Assembly (NCBI GenBank): GCA_963827655.1
Contig: CAWHCF010000046.1
Coordinates: 113,321-177,320, forward strand
DNA: 64,000 nucleotides
From: an uncultured Acidobacteriota bacterium
GTDB lineage: Bacteria > Acidobacteriota > UBA6911
Direction of reading: 5' to 3'
The notes beneath the pieces are model-generated. The model did no database searches and was not told where the DNA came from. It was given only the letters and a program-made list of their open reading frames with translations. How positions within the stretch are numbered: the stretch's first letter is position 1; every line of letters starts with the position of its first letter. Shown here in pieces: positions 63,336-64,000 of this stretch. The translations under genes were made by a program, and so were the position numbers.

Positions 63336-64000
63336 TCAGCAGAGATCGACCGCAAGCGGCGGTGCCCGCCGGCGCTCCAGTTCGGCAACGGCTTTGCGAA
63401 CGGTCAAAGCCGCGTAGTAAACCGGGTCGTGTTTGTCCTGGCGTTTGTGTTCGAGCCAGGCCTCGACAGCGGCTGGATTCTCGCCATGCTGGAGCCGGGA
63501 GAGGGTCTCGGCCCAGTCCCGCTCAGACTGGCTGATCTCGCACCGGCTCCGTTGAGCGCGCGGTCCCGGGATCGCGGTTCTTGACTCGGGAAGCCACTCG
63601 GTCTGCGGTTCAATCCTGAAATCTGCAGGCGAGTAGATGGCCGCAGACAGCTTCTCGGCCGTCACTTGGAAGGGGGGATCGTATTTTCTGTTATACAGAC
63701 CCGGGATTCGCAGGACGCGGGTCACATCTGTTGCCGCGCGGTCGGCGCCATGCGCCATTGCCATAGCCCGTTGCAACCGCTCTGCATTTTCCGCCGTGAA
63801 GCCATCCACCTTCCAGACGACCTGGTGCTTGCCTTGCGAGGTGTCAAGGACATACGAAGGTTCGGGGAGTCGCGGATCACCGAGAATGGCAGCAAGGGCG
63901 TGGGAACCGTAAAGATCAAGATCCAGATAGAGGTGCCGCACCATGGCAATGTCCTGCTTGGTCCGTCCGCGAGCATCCGGTTTAAGCGGGTTCATACTGA
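63336..64000 (-). CDS. RepB-type DNA primase (AEP), 5'-partial
   Basis: MNPL, LYLDLD, TSQGKHQVVW, DRAATDVTRVLRIPG..NRKY and SQSERDW helical C-terminal domain. Confidence 0.88.
   Translation of the reverse strand, partial: SMNPLKPDARGRTKQDIAMVRHLYLDLDLYGSHALAAILGDPRLPEPSYVLDTSQGKHQVVWKVDGFTAENAERLQRAMAMAHGADRAATDVTRVLRIPGLYNRKYDPPFQVTAEKLSAAIYSPADFRIEPQTEWLPESRTAIPGPRAQRSRCEISQSERDWAETLSRLQHGENPAAVEAWLEHKRQDKHDPVYYAALTVRKAVAELERRRAPPLAVDLC

Larger units (their letters stand above)
48163..64000. mobile_element. Integrative mobilizable/conjugative element inserted at tRNA-Met, continues past the window
   Basis: Integrase next to the tRNA 3' end plus excisionases, relaxase, coupling protein, ArdC and primase, all on the minus strand. 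Confidence 0.9.

Overview
GC-rich bacterial chromosome segment whose gene content points to an Acidobacteriota genome: PadR with three ADOP permeases, a PQQ dehydrogenase with cytochrome c, a TonB-dependent receptor with CRTAC1/TPR genes, and a Ser/Thr kinase-PD40 fusion. Frequent single-base indels, several in homopolymers, suggest an error-prone long-read assembly, so many frameshifts may be artefacts. Bases 1-48 kb hold housekeeping and accessory genes (DegT aminotransferase, alkA, fabI, ECF sigma operon, three glycosyltransferases, M20 peptidase, sugar catabolism genes, tdh, an acylase). These are interspersed with at least four families of small palindromic or MITE-like repeats. At 48086-48162 an elongator tRNA-Met borders an integrative mobilizable element that runs off the right edge. 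The element carries a tyrosine integrase, two excisionase-like HTH genes, a small cargo region, ArdC, a coupling protein, an StbABC/TraKLM-like operon preceded by an 11-bp repeat array, a MOBF relaxase-helicase, a protein of five tandem DUF5710-like repeats and a RepB-type primase. The most notable items are the putative ssDNA-establishment module of this element (including an unannotated 59-aa acidic ORF coupled to ardC), a four-helix-bundle cassette that splits a REP-like repeat, and a structured 192-bp tandem duplication. All family assignments come from motif recognition, not from database searches.
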